A program made the translations under genes and the position numbers. The notes beneath the pieces were generated by a model. The model worked only from the letters and a program-made list of their open reading frames with translations, was not told the origin of the DNA and searched no databases. Source: Octopus vulgaris (lineage: Eukaryota). From it: a stretch of DNA of 64,000 nt. Shown here one piece after another: positions 58,416 to 64,000 of this stretch (position 1 is the stretch's first letter; the number at the start of each line of letters is the position of its first letter). The stretch covers positions 37,324,001 to 37,388,000 of the forward strand of contig OX597832.1 in NCBI GenBank assembly GCA_951406725.2, written 5' to 3'.

Positions 58416-58967
58416 TGTGATATTTTAAACAGCAGCGTGTAATTTGACTGCTATTTCTAATGGTTACCTGCTGCTCAGTGTTTCGTTCCGTCTTGCGCTG
58501 TGTTTGTGTATGTATATATTTGCATGCGTGTTTGTGTGTTTGTCTAACAGGAGACCATTTCGTTAATGCGGTGGTGACATGATGTAAAAGTCGATTGCCC
58601 CTAAGCTTTACACCCGAAAACATAACTGGTACGGCTTTCATTTAGTCAACTCCTCGCCACTCATTCTCGCACCCACAACTCTTGCAAGAACAAAAAGATA
58701 GTTTCATGGAATGTAAAGTCGACGAAAGAAATGTCTTTCACTCAACCACCGCCCCATGCTGGGAATTGAAATCATGAGATCATGCATCGCTTCAGAACAA
58801 CACAAAGCAACAAATCTACAATCAGTGCATCTTCTGCTCTACCATCTGCACCGTCACTGCAGCCTCTTCTACGCCAGCATCCGACGAAACTCCATCCATC
58901 CTTCACCTCGCACCATCAAATTCTCATTATATAACACAATACGTAACGTACAACTGCGTAATAGTAC

Positions 58968-59126
58968 GCTTCTTCTTCTTCTTTCTTCTTCTTCTTCTTC
59001 TTCTTCTTCTTCTTCTTCTTCTTCTTCTTCTTCTTCTTTTCTTCTTCTTTTCTCCTCCTCCTCCTCCTTCTTCCTCTTCTTCTTCTTCTTCATTATTATT
59101 ATTATTATTATTATTATTGCTATTGC

Positions 59127-59177
<51 letters not shown>

Positions 59178-59345
59178 GCTTTGTACCACCACCACCACCA
59201 CCACCGCCACAAACAACAACAACAACATCAACAACAATATCATCGTCGTCGTCGCCGTCATCATCATCCTCATCATAATCGTCGTCGTTGTCGTCGTCGT
59301 CGCCCCCTCCTCCTCCTCCTCCTCCTACTACTACTACTACTACTG
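58968..59345. repeat. Compound trinucleotide array (CTT)(ATT)(ACC)(AAC)(GTC)(CCT)(CTA)
   Basis: Direct reading. Confidence 0.95.
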
Positions 59346-59876
59346 TGTGCGGTGGAGGTAGAGAGAGAGAGGGATAGGTGCTTTTGCTCACATTTTTCAA
59401 CAATAGGCAACGTTTACGTACGTGTTTTTCTTTCCTACTTTCATTCGTTCAATGTCCGGGGGAAGAAAACAGAAAACGAGAAAGAAAAAAAAGAAAGAAA
59501 GAAAGAAAGCAAGTAAGAAAGAACAAAGAGGAAAGAAGCAAAGACATATACAAAAATGAGAAAAAAACCAAAAATGCGATTCTTTCTTTGTGCTGTGTTC
59601 ATTATTTTCAATTTTATTTATGTTTTGCCTGGTTTTCCATCTCACCTTAGAACAACCATCATAAAATATCTCATTTTGATTCATAACAAAAAAGAAAAAA
59701 AAAAGAGCCACTACATCAGCTGAAGCATAGGTGTGTATGTGTGTAGGTGTATTTGCATACACGCATATAATATAAATACTTGTATACACACTACACACAC
59801 ACACACATATATATACACACACACACGCATATATATATAAAAACATGTTTATATGTATATATATATACATATAAAC

Positions 59877-59920
<44 letters not shown>

Positions 59921-59990
59921 GCGTGTGTCTGTGTGTATATTTGTGTGTGTGTGTGTAGTGTATATATATATATATATGTGCGAATATATG

Positions 59991-60025
<35 letters not shown>

Positions 60026-60711
60026 GGTTATATACTTACACACACCCACACACACACACATATATATATACTCTTTTTACTCTCTTATATATATATATAA
60101 GTACATGTATGTTTACGTAAATGTATATGTGTATGTATGTGTGTGTGTGTACGTGTGTGCGTGTACGTGTGTGTGTGTGTGTTTGTGTGTGCGTGTGTGC
60201 CTAAGAGGCAATGTAAAGAACTGTTGCGAAGAAACTGTAAACTGTTATAGAAAGCCATTCATGAAAAACTGTTGGTGATCGGTGAGTTAGTTATACGCCT
60301 ATTGAAACGGAGAGGCAGCACACACACACTTTCTGGCCCAACTGCTATCATACGTGCCATAGAGCAATCGAGCAACGAACCACACACACACACACACACA
60401 CACACATACATATATATAATCCCTCTCTCCCTATATATATACACACACACACATATATATATATTTGTAAGTATATGCATTTACATACATATTTATATAT
60501 ATATATATATATATGTACAAGTATTAAATACATATACATATATGTGTATGCGGGTACACACTTGCACATGTATGTTTGTATGCATGAATGTATCCACTGA
60601 CAGACACTTTACATACCCGAACAAACAGATATTTCACTTTTCAAGCACTTTTGTGTTTCTCACACAAAGATGATATTATTTATAGACATTTGGTCACCTT
60701 CATATGTATGC

Positions 60712-60744
<33 letters not shown>

Positions 60745-60905
60745 TGTATGTATGTATGTATGTATGTATATACATATATACACACATATATGTATACATA
60801 TATATATATATTTTATACATACACACATATATATATTTATATATACGTATATGTGTATATATATACATATACATATTCATCTATCTTATCTATCTATCCA
60901 TCAAC

Positions 60906-60981
<76 letters not shown>

Positions 60982-60997
60982 TATGTATATATGTGTA

Positions 60998-61042
<45 letters not shown>

Positions 61043-61055
61043 GTGTATATATGTG

Positions 61056-61093
<38 letters not shown>

Positions 61094-61195
61094 CATACAT
61101 ATATATATATATACATTTTGTTGAAATTTATAGAAATTTATACGTGCACACACAGACACACACACAAACACACACATATCCATCAATCTGTGTGT

Positions 61196-61255
<60 letters not shown>

Positions 61256-61469
61256 GTATGTATGGAGTTTTTACGTCCCTGTAACTTCAACGTTCGACTA
61301 AGAACATCGATAGGGTAAGTACTAGGCTTTCAAAGAATAAATGCTGGGGTCGATTTCTTCGACTAAGGGCATAGCCACAGTCTGAAACAAGTAATAGAAT
61401 AATAGAACACACATAAATATATATATGTGTATGTATAGATGTATGTATATATACGTATATACATACTTT

Positions 61470-61518
<49 letters not shown>

Positions 61519-62024
61519 ATATATATATATATACGAATATGTGTGTCTTTGTATATACATATATATGTTTATATATGTATGTTTACACATAAGGAAAGAG
61601 AGTGAGAGACAATGTGTTATAAAAATAGCTAGATAGAGAGATATAAACGGGTATATATATATTTTATAGGTAGGTGAGCGTTTAGTTTTACATATGTGTA
61701 TACATATACCCACAAACTTATATATGTGAATAAATATGTGTGTATATATTTGTAGGTATGTATATATACTCGCATATATATATTCATATATAAACCTGCA
61801 CATATTTGTTCATATATTCATATTTATACGCGGTTGTATTTGCACCTGTATACACACACATACGCACATTAAACACGCTCGTATGTATACATATACACAT
61901 GCACACATATATAATATGTATAAATATATGTATGTGTATATTGATATATATATATATATTTATACATATATTTGTATTCAGATGCATTTATATGTATATA
62001 TATATATACGTATTTATATGAATG

Positions 62025-62058
<34 letters not shown>

Positions 62059-62130
62059 TATACTTGCATATGTATATATATATACTCACACACAAGCATG
62101 CACACATACATACACATAATGCATATATAT

Positions 62131-62170
<40 letters not shown>

Positions 62171-62242
62171 TCCATTGGTTGAATAGAAAAACATGAAAAG
62201 ATAACGGAAAATCAACAAAAACAAGCGGAAAAATAAACAAGA

Positions 62243-62306
<64 letters not shown>

Positions 62307-62461
62307 ACATGCATACATACATACATACATACATATATACAGGTAGCTTCGAAAACAACATATGCATGCCTGACTGTCTTTTACGTTATGTGGCCCATTC
62401 CCGCTTACTCTCATTTTCTCTCTTTTTTCTATACTTGTGCGCACGTGCAGTACAGGTATGT

Positions 62462-62540
<79 letters not shown>

Positions 62541-62554
62541 CACACACAAACACA

Positions 62555-62596
<42 letters not shown>

Positions 62597-63150
62597 TATA
62601 TATATTCCCCTGAGTGTGCGTGTATATATTTGTGTTCGTGTAGATGAATATTTGGTGCCTGTATCCTTTAAGAACCAGAGAGGACCATTCTTTCGTCGTC
62701 TCTTCCATATTCCACAAAGCCCAAGATATATCACGACATTAGTCAAACCGATGCTAAGGAAAAGCTTCGGCAGGTCTATGGCAACAACTTATTTCAACCG
62801 GAAATTGCAGCAGCGACCGGAAGTCAGCAGACAATATTCAGTTCGGGCTTGAGATAACATGACTCAGTTCTCTTTCTAGTATTTTTACTATACACGCCGG
62901 TTAAGAGTTTGCCAGTTATATATATATTAATGCATATATGTATGTATGTGTGTGTATTTGTGTGCGCGTGCGTTTTTGGGTCTGTATGTATGTACATGAC
63001 GTAAGAGATAGCGGAACACTTGCGTCGCGTTACGATACATTGCTATAGTTTGTGGAGTAAGATAGTAAAAGAGCGAAGCCGAAAGAGAAATACGAAAATT
63101 AATATATTTATATGCAGAAGGTACGGAGATTGAGAAAGAGAGAAAGAGAG

Positions 63151-63233
<83 letters not shown>

Positions 63234-63379
63234 CGTGTGCTTGCGTATAGTTTGTTACTTGATTTCTTAGTGGAATTTTCAGAAGATCTATTCCTTAAGA
63301 AGCAATTTGACTATACATTTTGGACTGTAGCATGGACAGCGATGGACTTCACGATGCCTTCTTTATATATATATCATTT

Positions 63380-63413
<34 letters not shown>

Positions 63414-63419
63414 GTGTGC

Positions 63420-63620
63420 GTTGTATATCTCCCCACCACTGCTTGACAACCGGTATTGGTGTGTTTACGTCCCCGTGACTTAGCGGTTCGGCGAAAGTGA
63501 TCAATAGGACGTGTATCATGCTTAGAAAAGAAAGTACTGGGTTCGATTCATTCGACTAAAAATCCTTCAAGGCAACGCCTCAGCATGATCGCAGTCTAAT
63601 GACTGAATCAAGTTAAATAA
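63420..63620 (+). mobile_element. SINE family B 3' half (similar fragments at 61270-61395, 42786-42875, 33138-33195)
   Basis: gcttgacaaccg..gtgtttacgtccccg..ttagcggttcggc. Confidence 0.85.
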
Positions 63621-63660
63621 AAATCAAAATAAAAAAAATATCCATGAAGATATCCCATTA

Positions 63661-64000
63661 CTGGAGCAAAATCCAAGAATGAGAAATGCAGTCGAAACAT
63701 TCAGAATAATTCAAAGCAAAAGATAGCCAAAATCCTCAAAGAAATTACTGGTCAGTGCCAGATTACCACCCAAAATCACAATCCAAATTGTCAAAAAGTG
63801 TAGTCAATGCAGCTATGGAACCTGCATCTACCTTATAGAAGACAAATTCTATAAATCCGAATAAAGACATATCTTCACTGTAAAAAATAACTGCATCTGT
63901 TCATAAAAAAATTAAATTTATGCATTAAGTGTAAAGATTATAAGAGAAGATTATATCGGACAAACAACACTTTCTTTGAGAGCCAGACTTACTATTCATA
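63661..64000 (+). pseudogene. Penelope-like element GIY-YIG endonuclease fragment (runs off window)
   Basis: Single frame with stops: IIQSKR*PKSSKKLLVSARL...KKCSQCSYGTCIYL...FTVKNNCICS*KN*IYAL...EDYIGQTTLSLRARLTIH. Confidence 0.85.

Noticed and set aside
58551-58628. AG...GT bounded 78-bp candidate exon
   Set aside because: Stop codons in all three frames

Overview
AT-rich, extremely microsatellite-dense animal DNA. The SINE repertoire and the (AT)n/(CA)n/(ATT)n density point to a coleoid cephalopod, most likely Octopus (inferred from recalled repeat families; no search was run). I found no host protein-coding exon. The ORF track is almost entirely translated simple repeats, plus a few ORFs overlapping dead transposon fragments, so the window reads as intron or gene desert. 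It holds about 40 copies or fragments of three tRNA-derived SINE families. It also holds decayed coding fragments of RTE/RTEX, R4/Dong, Tx1/L1 and Penelope (GIY-YIG) retroelements, a DD37D Tc1/mariner, a mariner MITE and two Helitron ends. The most interesting signal is a set of short (TA)n-embedded elements carrying minimal hammerhead-ribozyme (HHR) motifs of the Penelope/retrozyme type. The best example is a perfect 163-bp-arm palindrome (46727-47061) that encodes the same HHR on both strands with a compensatory U3-A8 core. There is also a circularly permuted ~0.7-0.8 kb repeat family. Ribozyme activity is untested.
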